Position numbers and translations under genes: made by a program
Origin: Takakia lepidozioides
Lineage: Eukaryota > Plantae > Bryophyta
DNA length: 64,000 bases
Direction of reading: 5' to 3'
Assembly: GCA_030704615.1 (NCBI GenBank)
Contig: CM060734.1
Coordinates: forward strand, 41,044,001-41,108,000
Notes under the pieces: generated by a model
Told to the model about the DNA's origin: nothing
Database searches by the model: none
The model's input: the letters and a program-made list of their open reading frames with translations, nothing else
Shown: piece by piece, positions 11,511 through 26,000 of the stretch
Layout: every line of letters starts with the position of its first letter
How positions within the stretch are numbered: position 1 is the stretch's first letter

Positions 11511-13296
11511 TGCCAGAACAAATCTGCATTAAATAAAAAAACAACAAAGCATTTTTCATGAAACTGTGACATTAAATGAAAATCCAAACGATCTAAAATT
11601 TAACCAATTGAAAATTAAAAAGATATGATGCAAACAACATTCATAATCCAAATCTGCTTGTTGTATCAAAAATCAATATGAATTTGAAATATATGTTCAT
11701 CTTTTCATAAAACTTAAATATACCCACCAATTTGGGCGTTGTTCTCAGAAGTCATCAATACTAGTGCGGAGCAACGCGAAGCCCTAGTTCTAGCGACGAC
11801 CGAAGGTTGGAAGCTAGTTTAGCGTAGAGAAGGAATAGGGTGCCATAATGCCACATCGTCATCGCCATGTCATCGTTGCCACATCATCATCACCACATCA
11901 TCGTCGTCAAGTTTTTTGGAATCTGCCCGGACTGCCCTCCCGAAAAATGCCAATAGAACTCGTCGCGCCAAGTTTGTTTGGAACTGCCCGGACTGCCCGG
12001 TTCTTGATCTTCTTCTACAGGAAGGGTTTCACGCACCGATCGCAGATGGAGACATTTGCAGATTATGAGTACAGCGCATGAGCTCTCACATATGGTGGAA
12101 CAACCGCAATCGCAAGGTGTGGCTTTTCTTAATGTACGATGTGAAGAAGTTTGTCCATCCTGCAAATGTGGGCTCTTCGCTCCTGTTAGTCCATGATTTG
12201 GTGATTTGGTTCTTCCTGATGTTTACAAGGTTCTTGGGATAGTCAGCTTGGTCTTAGCAGGCCGTGTTTTAATCTCTGCCTACTCAGCTGCTCCGTAGTG
12301 GTTCTCACATACCAATCCAACAGACTATAGACACAAGCAGCACACGCAAGAGGTCCTTTTGGGTTGATGGTCCGTCAAATCCTCTATAGGTCATGACACA
12401 AGGTCAAGGACAATGTGGTGAGGGCACCTTCTTCTTCGACCTATTCTCAACCTGTTTTGCCCTCTCATCAGACTCGGCCCTGAGATGCATATTGAATTCT
12501 ATAAGTTAGCTTTTTGGTTGGATCTGTGGTGGTTTGGAGTGACTTTGACAAATTACTGCCGTTGTGGCAGCAGGAAAGTATCCAAAAACAAATAACAGAT
12601 CATGGTATATTTCCATGTGATATCACTGTGTCCTCCCTCTGTCTCTTCTCTTATCTATAGCTCAAAGGATTTTAGGAGAGGGTTGAAGGATCAGATAGCC
12701 AATTGTTTGTTTGCAAGGCTGTGTCAAGCAGTTTTTTACAGGGAATATTACTGAGTATGCACCTACTGTATTTCTCCAGCTAGCTAGCCATACTGGATTG
12801 CATCACCTCCACTTGCCATTCCATGTCAGCAGCCAGCTGAAGTATAGTATAAATGGTAAGTAATGGTTTGCTGTGACGTGTAATGGGAGTTCTATATTTT
12901 GGTTGGTGCTTGACTGCGATGATTTGTATGATGCGGGATGGATGGGGCCAAGAGCTGTAAAGCCTTGCACTCATGAGTTCACCAGCTAAAATGGTGAGGT
13001 AAGGACATTTAAGTACACCTTATGCCAGTGGTCTTGATGGCTGATCCAAAAGATTTATTTCTGCCAGCCTACAAGCATTACTTTGTTGTGAAGTGGTGTG
13101 TTTGGATGGAACGAGTAGGCACACTACACAGGGAAGCAAGAGAACGGGCAAGTATTTGACAGCAGCTCTAAACGTGCAAAACCTCCCTGGTATGGCAAGC
13201 TGTGTCTAATGAATACAAGTTTCTATGCCTTCTCTACAATGCCACCACTCATTAAATGAACACCGAGGCGCCTACAAACTGTTGTTGTGAGGGATC

Positions 13297-16200
13297 TGTT
13301 AAGCATACTGAAGCAATGCTTTACTTCGCAGGACCATAAAACCGGAATACAAAACACACCTGAGTGTGCACTATTTATCAAGCTAAAAGTCAACAGCCTA
13401 ATTATCAAACCCCCTACAAACCCTCACCAAGAGGCGCTGGTGAAAGCCATGAAAATAGGCATCTACCAACCAACAACCTAAATTAGTGAAGTAATTCACC
13501 TACTTCTAACAGTGTTTAATACCTGATGGCTAGGCTGAGAGCTGCCATGGTAAAGGTAAATCAACACCCCCTCTCAGTTCTCATAAAGCCAGCAAGAGAA
13601 TACGCGTGAAGGAATGCCGAAGCAACCTGGGTCGCTTACAACTCATAGACCGGACTCAAGAATGAATTCACAAGTTTACTCTATTTTTGTCTTCTTCTTG
13701 ACATCTGCAGGGCTGCACACTCCAAAAGCTGATCTAAATATCCTTCCAAGTGGCTTTGTCATCAAGTCTGCAATCTGATCTTGAGTTGACACATGAACTA
13801 GATCAACCTCTCCACTCTCTACGAATATAATGATAGTGCACCTCAATTTGCTTTGTGCACGCATGAAACACAGGATTCCTTGCAATCTTGGCACTGCTTT
13901 GATTATCACACTTGATCAAAGTTGGTCATTTACCAGGAATTCCCAACTCACCATAAAGACGTAGAAGCCAAGCAGTTTCTTTAGCTCCTTCTGTTAATGC
14001 GCGATATTCAGCCTCGGTCGAAGAAAGTGCCACAATTGACTGTTTCTTCGAACTCCAAGTCACAACACTTTCCCCCATTCTGAAAACATAACCGGAGGTT
14101 GAGTTTCTGTTATCACTTTCGCCTGCCCAATCTGCATCAGTATGTCCATTCAGTACAGTGCTTTCTCCTTTTCGGTAGAGTATCCCATAGTCCACTGTGC
14201 CTGCTACATATCTCATGATATGATCCACCGCATCCATGTGAGAGGCATGTGGGATTTCCAAGTCCCGACTCACCACTCCCACAGGGAACACCAAATCAGG
14301 CCCTAGTGTTTGTGAGATAAACCAACTTGCCCACTTTCTTTCGATATTCGGTCACATCAGAGGGAGGTGTGCCCATGTCCAGCGTTAACTTTAAATTTTC
14401 AATCATAGGCACAGAGTGAGGATTGCAGTTTGAGAAACCAAATTCCTCAAGCATCTGTCTGGCATACCCCCTCTGAGTGATCATGATGCCTTCATCGAGA
14501 TGAAAGAACTCGGCTGCAAGGTAAAGTTGAATCAAGCCAAGATCAGTCATGTCATACTGAAGCTTGAGTTGGTCCCGTAGCCAGGTTATCTTCGTTGTAT
14601 GGCTGCATGTTAGGAGTAGATCGTCGACATAAAGGATTAATAACACTATCAGCCTATTTTCCTTAAGAAAATAAAAGGTTATGATCCGCATGAGACCTGT
14701 CAAAACCCTGTGACTTAAGGAATGCATCTATCTTAGCATACCAGGCCCTAGGAGCTCATGAATTCACCACCTCGATCTATCCGAATGCACTTCACTTTCT
14801 TCTTTGTGGCAATTTCAATCATGAGTCAAAAAATTTGAATGCCTGCAAAGCTTTGTCTTTTCTCTTGAGGAAGTAGACCCATGTGTAGTGACTAAAGTTG
14901 TCTGTAATGGCCATAAAATACCTTGACCCGGATAAAGAAGGAACCTAGAGTGGTCCACATAAGTCAGTGTGAACTAATTCAAGTATCTTCTCGGCCTTGT
15001 GCTCTGCTTGTTTCAGAAATCGTTCCCTCTGTTGTCTTCCAAGTAGACATCCCATGCATGTTTCGGAAAGCAAGGGCAAGCAAGGTGCTCCCTCAACTCT
15101 ATCAAGGCTGATGAGAGCATGTAATCCATGAAAGTTCAAGTGGCCCAATCGCCTATGCCAAAGTCTAACTGTCTTGAGTGTATCCTGAGTGATTTCAGTG
15201 TCACATATGTTCGCTTCAAGTATTGATTCTCTATCAAGCAAATGTTTGTCAATGAGCTTGTTGGTGTCAAGCGTATACAAGCCATTTGCTCTATCTCTGG
15301 TTCCTTGAACAACGACTCTACTGAGATCCTTTGTATCTAGGAACAAACATTTTCTAGAATCAAATACAGCCAAATGACCACTATCAGCCATGGCCCCCAC
15401 AGAAAACAAGTTTCTCTTCATACCAGGCACATAAAGAACATCTGAGATCTTCTTTATTGATCCATTGAGCCTCATTTTGGTGTGACCCTTACCTTGAACA
15501 TTATGTGCATGCCCACCGGCTGACCTTACACTGGTGGGACCTGCCAGTTGCTACAATGTCATGAACTAGGCCTGAGTTGCCAGTAACATGCTTACTAGCG
15601 CCGGAGTCAATGAACCAATCATTCTCAGCATACTCTACCGAAAGGACTTCCTCCTTCTCGTTAAGTTCAACCGTTGCTTGTGCAGCTTCGATGATTTCAG
15701 AGTCAGAGTCATCAAAAGACTCGTCGTTGCTATCATCCTCAAGCAAGTTGACTTGTTGGGCACGAAGTTTGAGGACCTCGTCGTAGGGAAGAACACAATC
15801 TTTGGTCCAGTGACCACTCTTGTAGCATCGATTGCATGCTGAGTGTTTCTTGTCGTGCTTGACTCCGAAGGCACGCTTGTCACCAAACCGCCGGCTGGGT
15901 CCCTGCATTTTCTGAAACTTGACGAAAAGTGCCTCAGTGTCCTTCACCTTCTTTACCTTGAGCTCCCTTCTGCTTTCCTCATGCAAAAATTTGGCTGTGA
16001 TTTCCTCCATGGTGGGAAGGTCCCTCTGGCTGAGAACAGATTGGACATAGTGTTCATAGCTTTCTGGTAAGGCATTGAGCACCATTTCAACCACAATGTC
16101 GTCTCTGATTTTCTCACCAAAACCTGCAAGCTGATTCAAGAGGTCGGATACTTACAGTTTCAAGAAATGACTCCATGGAGGAGTCTTCTTCCATCTTCAG

Positions 16201-17048
16201 ATTGGTAAGCCTGGTCCTGATCATGAGCCTCCGAGATGAAGCCTTCACCTCATAAAGTTCAGAAATCTTGAGCCACATGCTCCTGGGGTCCGTAAGATCT
16301 TGAACTTACGGGATGATTTTGTCAGAAATTGAAAGACAAAGAATAGACATAGCTCTGTTCTTTTTCCTGTTGAATTGCTCGAGCTGAGCACGGTCAGCAT
16401 GAGGTGTTAGATCTGTTTCAACGTGATGAAGCACCTCATCCTTCAACAAAACATTTCTGACTTTGAATCTCCAAACATTGAAATTATTTTGTCCTAAGAG
16501 TTTGTTAGACTCCGAGATGTGCACGTTAGTATCTGCAGATTGAGACATGTTTGCAACAGCGAATAGTGCAACTAAGCAACCACTGAATCAAAGAAAACAA
16601 GAAGAGAGAAGAAACGGCAAGATAGACACAACAAAAAATAAATTCCAGAAGTTAGTCCCTAGTGACTCCTCACACTCCTCTTAGTGTGGATTCCCACGGT
16701 TTCCTCAGGGCTCTGATACCATGTTAAGCATATTGAAGCAATGCTTTACTTCACATGACTATAAAACCGGAATACAAAACACACCTGAGTATGCACTATT
16801 TATCAAGCTAAAAGTCAACAGCCTAATTATCAACCCCCCTACAAACCCTCACCAAGAGGCGGTAGTGAAAGCCATGAAAATATGAATCTGCCAACCAGCA
16901 GCCTAAATTAGTTATCTGCGCCTGAGTATGGTGGGCTTAGATGCCAAACACAGTCACCTGACTTCCTGATTAGCAATTCACCTATTTCTAACGGCGTTTA
17001 ATACCTAATGGCAAGGCTGAGAGCTGCCATGGTAAAGGTAAATCAACA
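13297..17048 (-). mobile_element. Ty1/Copia LTR retrotransposon, internally deleted and decayed
   Basis: TG..CA LTRs 13297-13566 and 16722-17048; TSD GGATC/TGATC; PBS TGGTATCAGAG (tRNA-iMet) beside the 5' LTR; PPT TGAGAGGGGG beside the 3' LTR. Gag with CNRCYKSGHWTKDC, protease WFIDSGASKHVT, WHRRLGHLN, LVHTDLCGP, RT LYVDDLLL, RNase H DADWAG/SSTEAEY. Confidence 0.97.
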
Positions 17049-17559
17049 TGATCTCAATTGGTATATGAGGCAGAGTGTGATATGCCTCCCTTACCAGGTC
17101 CATTAGGAGGAGTAGGGTCCCAGGGGACCTATATACTCAAGTGGATGCCATAAGTGACATTCACAGGGGATATACAATGAGTCCATCTTTAGTTGCCTCT
17201 CAACTTCTTATACTCTGTTTAGATATCGAGGAATGAAGTAATTGGTTTGTTGTCGAAATGGTGTATGAGCAGGATGCATGTGTCCATTCAAATATGTGTG
17301 AAGCTGATTGAGAGATAACAGTGTGGTAATGGTAGGACATGTGATCAAGGGATGTAATCAGGGCATTCTGGATGTTGACGGCATACCCCCCATGCTGGCA
17401 GGTTTGTTTGGCTTCGAGTTGACTTCACCTGGCCCTTTTTGCAATCAATGTCATTTCGGCTGTTGTTTAAATGTGCATGCGCACAAATGCAGAGGGAAGG
17501 AGGGATGCAGTAGATGCACATCTATTGATCAGTTCTTATTGGAGTTGGCTGGACACACT

Positions 17560-17915
17560 CTTAAAGGCATTGTACCTGCATGATACTAATTCTGCTGAAG
17601 CGACTTGAGGATGCGAAGGGAGTTTCAAACACTATGGCTGAACGAGATGTGGTGTGGTGGAACGCGATGCTTGCAGGGTGTGCACAGCAAGGGCACGGGA
17701 TGGGGGTTTGGAGACCAATGAGCAATTGATGGGGGAAGGGGTGAAGCCCGACCACATAACGTGTGTGTACGTTTACAGTGCGTGTGCAAGCCTGGCAACC
17801 CTGGAAAATGGAACAGAGGTCCATGGTTGCACCACCAAAGCTGGAAATGTACCAAATGTGATTCTGAACAATACCCTTGTGGACATGTATGCCAAATGTG
17901 GAGGGAGTGTTCAAC
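17560..17915 (+). pseudogene. Second PLS-class PPR remnant
   Basis: LEDAKGVSNTMAERDVVWWNAMLAGCAQQGHG / EQLMGEGVKPDHITCVYVYSACASLATLENGTEVHG..NVILNNTLVDMYAKCG; frameshifted and cut off by the duplicated segment at 17920. Confidence 0.85.
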
Positions 17916-17919
17916 AATA

Positions 17920-19382
17920 GGGAGATGGTCTCTCCAGGAGGGCAGGATTGAGGTCCACCTCATGAGCGAAGTGTTCAACATTTCAATGAAACTCCATTCA
18001 TCCTGTCCCGTATAAATTCCTGAAGGTATAGGAATTTTGTGAACATCCTTTGCTTCTTGATCTAATTTCCAACGGAAGATAATAGGAATAATGTAAGAAC
18101 TTAATGCACACGTGCAATCTCTGACAGGATGGTACGCCGGTTTCCGGCATGTCAAATCTTCCCCACCCTCTCTTGAGAGTGACATGGAACGGAAGGAGTG
18201 TAAACTCGAGTCGGGGTTACATTGGGTTACACGACGAGGTGTGTAACTCCACTTGGGGTTACATCGGGTTATACGATGAGGTGTGTGAGCCTGGTCGCTG
18301 CGCTCACGCCACGTCACCTTGCGCCAACGCCACATCACAGGGCTCACTTACTAAACCTTGCCGCCTACAATGCTACCACCTTACCATGATAATACCCACT
18401 GCACCTTGAAACCCATTTGGATTCTGAAGTATTTAATAGTGAAACCGAGGTAAGAGGGGGTGGGGAGAATTTGACAGGGGAATCCGGCGAAAGTACCGTC
18501 AGATCACACACGTCCATTAAGTTCTTACATATTCCTATTGTCTTCCATTTCGAACCCAGGATTAAATCCTATATTTGTAATGTTTGCAAGTGGATTTGTT
18601 GAAGAACTAATCCTATGGTGTCTAATCATTCAGTCAGTGGGGCTCCCAAATTCATATCTCATGTATGGTACTAGAAAGACCACCAGATGCACAGTAATAA
18701 CGTGATGCCTTTATATCAATTGTTGCGGAACACTTGTTCTAGTAGGTATGCTGCACAACCTAATTCTCAACTGTTGTATAGAGTGCACTCCCAAAAATAA
18801 TATTATGTACACTTTTTGTCAGCGAGCTTTTCTACCCCGAGGTTCAGATTTGTTATGAGTCGATCTCCATTGTCAACAATTTCTCAAATAGTCGTCTTGA
18901 CTTGACCCCAACTGCCTCCAGCACTTTGAGAAACTCTGATAAACAGGCCCACTATGCACATTAGACCCCCTCTCTCATCCAAGCGAAAAATTTCACCTTT
19001 GAATTAGGTAGAATTAGGTAGGCACTTCCTAGATATGTCAGAAAAGTTTCAGGAAGATTCGGAGGTTGAGTCACCAAACATGCCCATTTCCGAATTGGAA
19101 GGCGGACCTTCACTTTTAAACCCTTGACCTGCCCTTTGTGGTCTGGGACCTTCTTTTAAACTAACAAGCAATCACAGCTTGAGATGTGACCTCTCCAAGC
19201 TGATTCAATCACCTTTCCTCTTCGTAGTTTAGAAATTCTACACAGATTTTATTCATCCCAGATGAGGTACAGGTCCTGGAGACATTTCCACCTTTGAGCT
19301 CAAAGGGCATTCATAAACTTGCTCGGTCTTGTGTTTCTGATCTTTTTTGGAAAAGGGACCGGAGGCTTTGAGTGAATCGAGA
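17920..19382. repeat. Duplicated segment, copy B (paralog of 4681-5681)
   Basis: See copy A; interrupted by the MULE-like MITE at 18074-18546. Confidence 0.95.
18074..18546. mobile_element. Mutator-like (MULE) non-autonomous element / MITE
   Basis: ~100-bp imperfect TIRs starting GGAAGA(T/C)AATAGGAATA; 9-bp TSD ATTTCCAAC (18065-18073) / ATTTCGAAC (18547-18555); single ATTTCCAAC empty site in copy A at 4838-4846. Confidence 0.92.
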
Positions 19383-20096
19383 ATTGAGTAATTTTTTGTT
19401 GTTTTTTAATTTGAACAGAAACCTGGGAGCAACAGCTCACAATTTAGGCCCCTTAGAGAGGAAGGGGAAACTTAACCCCATTTCATATAAGCCATGAAGT
19501 GGTAAGTACAATCCCAGACCAACCAGCCACCAACCACTCTGTATTGTTTTCCAATTCCAGTGGTGCTCCACAAAATGCAATTCCCACTATATTCTTCAGC
19601 ATGCAGGTCCTCTTCGGTGCTTGTAGGTTGAACCACTTGTTCAGTCTCCAGCAACATGTATAAGGCCAGCCCTCAAGGGAACATCACTAACGAAAGCCAA
19701 CCAACTATTTGCATATGCAGTTGCAAATGTAACCCCTCCATAAATTCTTGTGAAAAGTAAATCAAAGGCATTTCCTTGCCTGTCCTGCACTCCATTCAAT
19801 ACGGTAGTCATATTGTCCATGCAGCAGCAAGCACAGCCACGGATCTTTCTCTTGGGTATAGGTCCACTTTTTCCAGTCCTCTCTAGACTTCCCATTCCCA
19901 TTAAATTGGACCTACCTCTAGACCTCCCATTCCCATTTAATTTTCATGGGACTGGGGAAGTCCCATGAAGTTGGTAGTACTCTTTTCCTTGTTGGCAACT
20001 TGCTAAATATGCAGAGTAAAAATTTTAGTTGACAACCTTGACTAACATAGCAAAAGATTAGTAGAGCTATTGCCATCCATAAAAACTATGGAGAAG

Positions 20097-23000
20097 TCAG
20101 GCCACAGCTGCCACAAGGCCATTATGACGGAGTAGGGCATCTGTGGATGGATCTCTGCCTCGGAAATCCTTGAAAACCTGTATCAAGTCCCACCAACTCT
20201 TTCAGAAAACAATGTGTCCCCTGCTAATGCCCATTCACTCTAAAGTGACAGAAGATATCTGTATCACATAGGTAGTACATGTAAGGTCTTATAGATATGA
20301 TAGTAATGTGACTGAGACGTGGTAATGGCCCTGTGTGTCATGTGATTTCCCCCTCCATCCTTATCAAACACAGAAGATTGGACCACCTGCCCAAAATTTC
20401 ATTCGTCCGAATTTGTCCTGCACAGTCCGTCTCCGGTTTCTGCTGCAATAATTTTTACAGCAAATTTCAAGGTGACAAAGTTCACCAATCCTTCTTGGCC
20501 ATGAAACAATCTGTATTGCTCCAGGTTCTTTGAAGCAAGCCTGAGTGTATGGGTGGGTATACATACATCACACTCATTTTACTTCAATATAGTTCCATGG
20601 AAAGGCAGATGTCATGCTAGAACCTGTGCTGGTGGCCGACCTCCTCCAAGCCCAAGTACAGTCTCTCGGAACCGTTTTCCTGTCTCTTTCACAGCCTACA
20701 TACAAGCCACCAAACCAACCAGCACCTTCAGATTAACATGTCACCAGCAATTCCTTGCTTCACCAGTTAACCTTGCATTATTTCACAACTTACACCCGAA
20801 GTATGAATGCAGTAACATATCTAGTGCCATACAAATGAAGAGATGTAACAAAATACCTAAGGACAAAAGAATTGAAAACACAAACATTACATAAGAAGCC
20901 CCTGAAGGTATACCAACACAGGAGAGTACTTCGAAAACCGACAAAATGTCTCGATACCCTAAATGACACAAATACAACTTCACAATTCCTACCGGTAATC
21001 TCATTAGTTAGGAGAGAGAAGAGGGAAAATTGAAAATATAGTATACAATTGAAGCATATTACCTCTTCATTCTCAAGACCGACGTCCTCGAATGCTGAAA
21101 ATGCATCAGCAGACAAAACCTCCGCCCACTGCACACCACAGCCATCCCAAATACTTAGACTTACTTATCTTTGATAGTATCAATCCTTACCTGCGGTGAT
21201 GATCTGGTGACGACACTTGAGATGGGAATGCTGCTTAAAAGGGTTCTATTTGCAAGTATCAAACAGATGATCACTCCACCTCTTTACAAGAAGCCTGAGA
21301 CAACACAGAAAGTTGTGGCCCTCTTTTGAGTTACAACTTTGGGCATTATCAGATTGATGAAATAAGCTCTTTTGAGAAAATCTGGAAGGCCAAAAGAAAC
21401 TTGTAACATCTGGAAGTCCCTCAACTACACAGACCCTCCTACTGCTCTTAGGCGATCTGTGACTTACAGCACCAGCAGAGCTTGTGGTAGAAGGGCTATA
21501 GATCCATCCTCAGTTTTCTAATAGATCTCCCCACCAGCCCTTGAATCAACACTCAAGAGACATACACAGCCATGGTGTAGGGGTAAGAAATGCAAAAGGA
21601 TTGTCAGAGGCTGTAGAAGGCCTGGCTGTCATGGTCCTGAAGAGGGTCACTCTCTGATGCAAATACCCTGGACATGTATTAGAAATGGATGTTGTCTTTA
21701 GACAGTCCACACATCAGGCTTTGATTATCTCCCTTCCTCTCTGCATCTGCTTTTTGTTCAAGTTATCAGAGTCTAAATTCCATCCTAATATTGAGGGTAG
21801 GTAGGCCCTTCAGATTATCCTTAAGGTCCTCAAAAACTGGTAACAAGTTAAGGGAAGCTTTAAGCCTAACTTCGTTTTGTCTGGACATTCTCCCAGCAGG
21901 GTCAGTTCTTCCTGCCTAATATTCAGGTACTTTTTCCACCAGGACTTAGCATGTTTAGTTGGACAGTCTTGCATCCAAGAAATAGAATCGATCACCTTAG
22001 GGTACATGGTATTATGTATGCCATTCAACTGATCACACCATCTGACCTTGAACTCATCTCATCAAGAGCTCAAGGGCTTTATACCAAATCCAACCCAAAC
22101 AGCCATGTTAGCTGCTGTAGAGCACACTAACATGTCTTTAAGCACCAAAAGCTGAATGGATTCTGAAGCTTTAGCAGGGTTGGAGTTGCCCTCCAACACA
22201 GCAGAAGCATATTCCAAGGTAAGCCTAATAACGTTGCAAAGCATGGTCCTTTTAACCTAGTATTAATCCCAGTTACAACTGGAGGAAAACTCAACACCAA
22301 GATATATGTAGGAAGGGAGCACAGGAATCCCTTCACTGCACCACGTCTGTTTCAGATCCACTCCTCCCTCCCCAAATCATTGAAGGCCACCACCATTTAG
22401 TAGCATTGGCTTCTAACCTCCACGGGTCAAAGTGCTTCTTTACACAATCAATTACCTCCTGAAGATTGGACGGGGTATCCCCAAGGTCCATGAAGTCATT
22501 CCCAAACATTAGAGCTGGTGGTGGCATCACCCACCTTTAACCCAAATCCCTTCCTCTCCACATCTTCACGGAGCTACTTAATGTGAACATTGAAGGAGAG
22601 GGTAGAACCTTGAGCTACATCTTGGTCAATGTCAAAGAAATTAGACTTCTGGCATTAACCATACCACAACTTTTGGTGTTGGCATACAGGTTGGGAACCA
22701 TCCTCCACATCCTTCCCCTGACCCCAGAAGACCCAGACGAAGCTACAGCCCATCGCACCATACCATATCATAAGCCTTGTTTACATCGAGGAAGAAGGCA
22801 AAGTGGGTTTTCCTTCTTATTTCCTTCCCTCAATAGTCTGTCTTAGGGTAAAGATATGGTCCCTATCCCTTTGGACAATGCCATTGCACCCACCAGTTTT
22901 ATAGCCCTTTAGATGTTCCATTGCTTCAGCAATCTCGGAAGAACTAATAGGCGCACTTGTATCCCTTTGTGAGATACTCCAGTTCATCTGGATCGTAGGA

Positions 23001-26000
23001 ACAGCTCCTTCTACTGTACGCTTCGGGTCTTCAGAATACCCCTCACTACTGGAGTTGGATTCATGGTCAACAAGGCAGTAGTGTGCTTCTAAGGTTTTCA
23101 CAATATCAACAATACACGTCACCACATCACCCTTGTAGTCCTTAAAGCATGTATTTGCTGATCATTTTTCGGCCAAACTAGGTCCCCACAGATGTTCACA
23201 CTACAGTTACATAGAGTCTAGAACGGGCAGACAGAGAATGGAAGAGGGAAAAAAATAACATGTAAACAAGGCCCACAGAAGGCCAGAGAGACAGACATAA
23301 CGAGGAAAGGAAGAAATTACCTTGTAGCTATAGTATCCAGCTGAGTAGCCCCCTGCATACAACGCCCCACCGCACTAAGCGACCCTTGGACGAGCAGAAG
23401 GCCAACCTAATCTAAGGCATACAATGTGAATACAAACACTTTGGGAATGACCATTGAACTTCAAAAACCACCACGAGGCAAAGAAAAAAGGATGCCCCTT
23501 GACAAATGACACACCATTGAGAGATGTTACCAGCAAAGATATGGGCAAATCCACACAAAAATCGATCCTCAGGCAAGGGTTGCAGGATCCGAGTTTTCTC
23601 TGAAATTTTCCGGTCCACGTCGAAGATCGTGGTTGAGCCACCAGGTGTGAACCTTGAGTGCAACTCCAAGTCAATAGTGCCGAAGTGAATCTGGTGAACA
23701 AATCCAGTTTCTGTCATTTTGTTCCAGGTTAATCTGCGTGGGAACACCCTCTACGGGAGATTGCATCCCACAAGATAGAATTTCTACAGCCTACCATTTC
23801 ATTCTCATCATCAAATTGTACTAGACAATGGAGTTGAGAGGCGAGTGGAATGATGAAACAAAGAAGAGAATAAACACCGAATCCTACCTGACGAAGCATC
23901 ATGGAGGCTGCCTGAAACGTACGAGCTGCCAAAAGCTTAGAGTAGAGCTCCTCTGACAGAGGCTCCCCTGTTTGGAAGTGCTTGGCTATCCCCATCAGCG
24001 TTGCTCTATACCACCACCCAATCCAAGGTGACGTCTCAATGATATGGAGATGGTTTGATTGCCCTCTACAGGAATGTTGATGCAAATTGCTTGTATTACA
24101 ATATACCTCCCCCATATCAAGAATTTCTGTAGAAACTGTTCCACAGTTTAGTTAACCTCACTCTGGCTCATCAAACCATGAGTAGACCCTCAACCCCCAA
24201 CCCCATATCTGGATGTACGCCATTTTCAGAAGGGAGTGCAGAAAAATGCTTTTGGTGGGCAGCAGGCAATGGGGAATGTCACTGCAACACCGCATTTGAC
24301 TACAGCAGAGACCTGACTAAATGGACACTAACCTGTGGTAGCACCAATTCTCCATAAACTGAGAGGGGAGCTCAACAGCATCCCACTCCACACCTCGAAT
24401 GCCAGCAACTAGGCCTTCATCTTGCCTGGTCAACATGTGTTGCAGTGCATGCCCAAACTCATGGAAGACTGTCTCCACCTACAACAAATTTAAGCTTTTC
24501 TATTCAAAAACGTATCCGACACGTAACAAACAATATTGTGATAAGAGAGGGCTTTGGAAGACTGGTTTGAGTAGATAAGCACAGGTCATGTGCATCACAG
24601 GCAAAGGGGATGATTACATAGCAAAAGCACATCATAGAGGATTCACCTCATGGAAAGTCATCAGGCTTGGGTCATCGCCAACTGGTGGTGTCTGATTGCA
24701 CACCATATGGGCCACTGGCAGCCGCACATGGCTACCCTTTGGAGCAAGTAGGCGGCTGCGGCCTAAGACCTCATCCATCCATGCACCCCCTCTCTTCTCA
24801 GACGGCCTTGAATAGGGGTCGAAGTAGAAGTAGGCTAAGGCCTCCCCAGCCAAGTCTTTCACCCTGAAGAATCTCACATCCTTATGCCACACCTGCAGAA
24901 TATGTGCAAGTATTCTCAGACATGGATATTGCTTTCCATGCCAACTGGCCTTCATTGATAGCATCGCCCATTGATTGTACAATCTTCTTCCTAACAGAAG
25001 GATGAAAGAGAGGAGGGATAGCTGGTTGTGCACAGTGGTTTTAACTGCCAGTGTAACCATGTCCAGTTGGGTCGCTCAGCTCTTTCAAGGGCTACTTCAC
25101 CTAAGGAGACAAAGACGCGATTTAATTAGGTCCAGGGAGATGGAGATGTCTGAGGAGACTTTTAGCGACCTCCAACTTGTTCTAGACGTTGTCTTATGAC
25201 CTTTCCTTTGATGTTCTTTTTGGCTAAGCTTTGTGTTATGGAAGCCATTTAGGTTAGGGATGATGGCGACTAAAAGCGCGTCATGTGGTGCGTGTCAGTT
25301 GACTGCAGCTGCATCACTCCACTGGGGTACCAAGCGTTGAGTTCAACTCTTCAAGAAGGGACACCTAAAATGAATTTGGTAGGATTTTGTTGAGGCAAAT
25401 GTACTTCAGCAACCCCTTTGTTTAACTACGTTTCCGCTGAATGGAGGGAAGGTAGATAGCTATATTCAGGATCTAGCAGCTACCTGGCTTCCATATTCCA
25501 TTTTTGGGTGCAAGCTGCTTGTGCCAGCACTGCAAACCATGCAAGTACCCACCCACTTGCCTTGTAGGCAGGTGGGGGTGTTTTGAGCAAGCTAGTTCAA
25601 TCAGGATTTTCTTTTGTTTCTAGAGAGTGTGTTTGACACCCAGGCTGGCTTTCTGACTATACTAAACAGCAGAAATGCTTGGCATAAGGTCTCCTGTCTT
25701 CGAGCAGCAATTTGGGCCTGTTTTCCTTTCCCCTTTCGTGTTATTATTCTTTTGTTCTTTCTTGCTTTCTTCTCCAAGGTGGGGGTTCTCCACCTAATAG
25801 AATCTCTTGATGTTCAGTGGTGGGTTTCCGGGCTGCTTGTTGATGCTGTCCTTTCCTCTTGCAGAGCAGAAGCTGCCGAGTTTGCACTTAGTGAATGTTG
25901 GCACTTAGTACAGGACAGGCACATAAGACGATTGTATCTGCATCACCTGGTTTTGGTGGAACCCAGTGTGTAGCCTAGGAAACATACTAAAAAGAGCATA

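Noticed and set aside
11755-11800. Possible Helitron 3' end (CTAG near a GC-rich stretch)
   Set aside because: No convincing hairpin and no matching 5' TC end.
8560-13200. Scattered exon-like segments with AG/GT borders (~8561-8596, ~8934-9060, ~12780-12855)
   Set aside because: Contain stops and give no recognisable or phase-consistent protein.
19440-20000. Short - strand ORFs downstream of the OOP stop
   Set aside because: No recognisable motif; probably 3'UTR or intergenic sequence.
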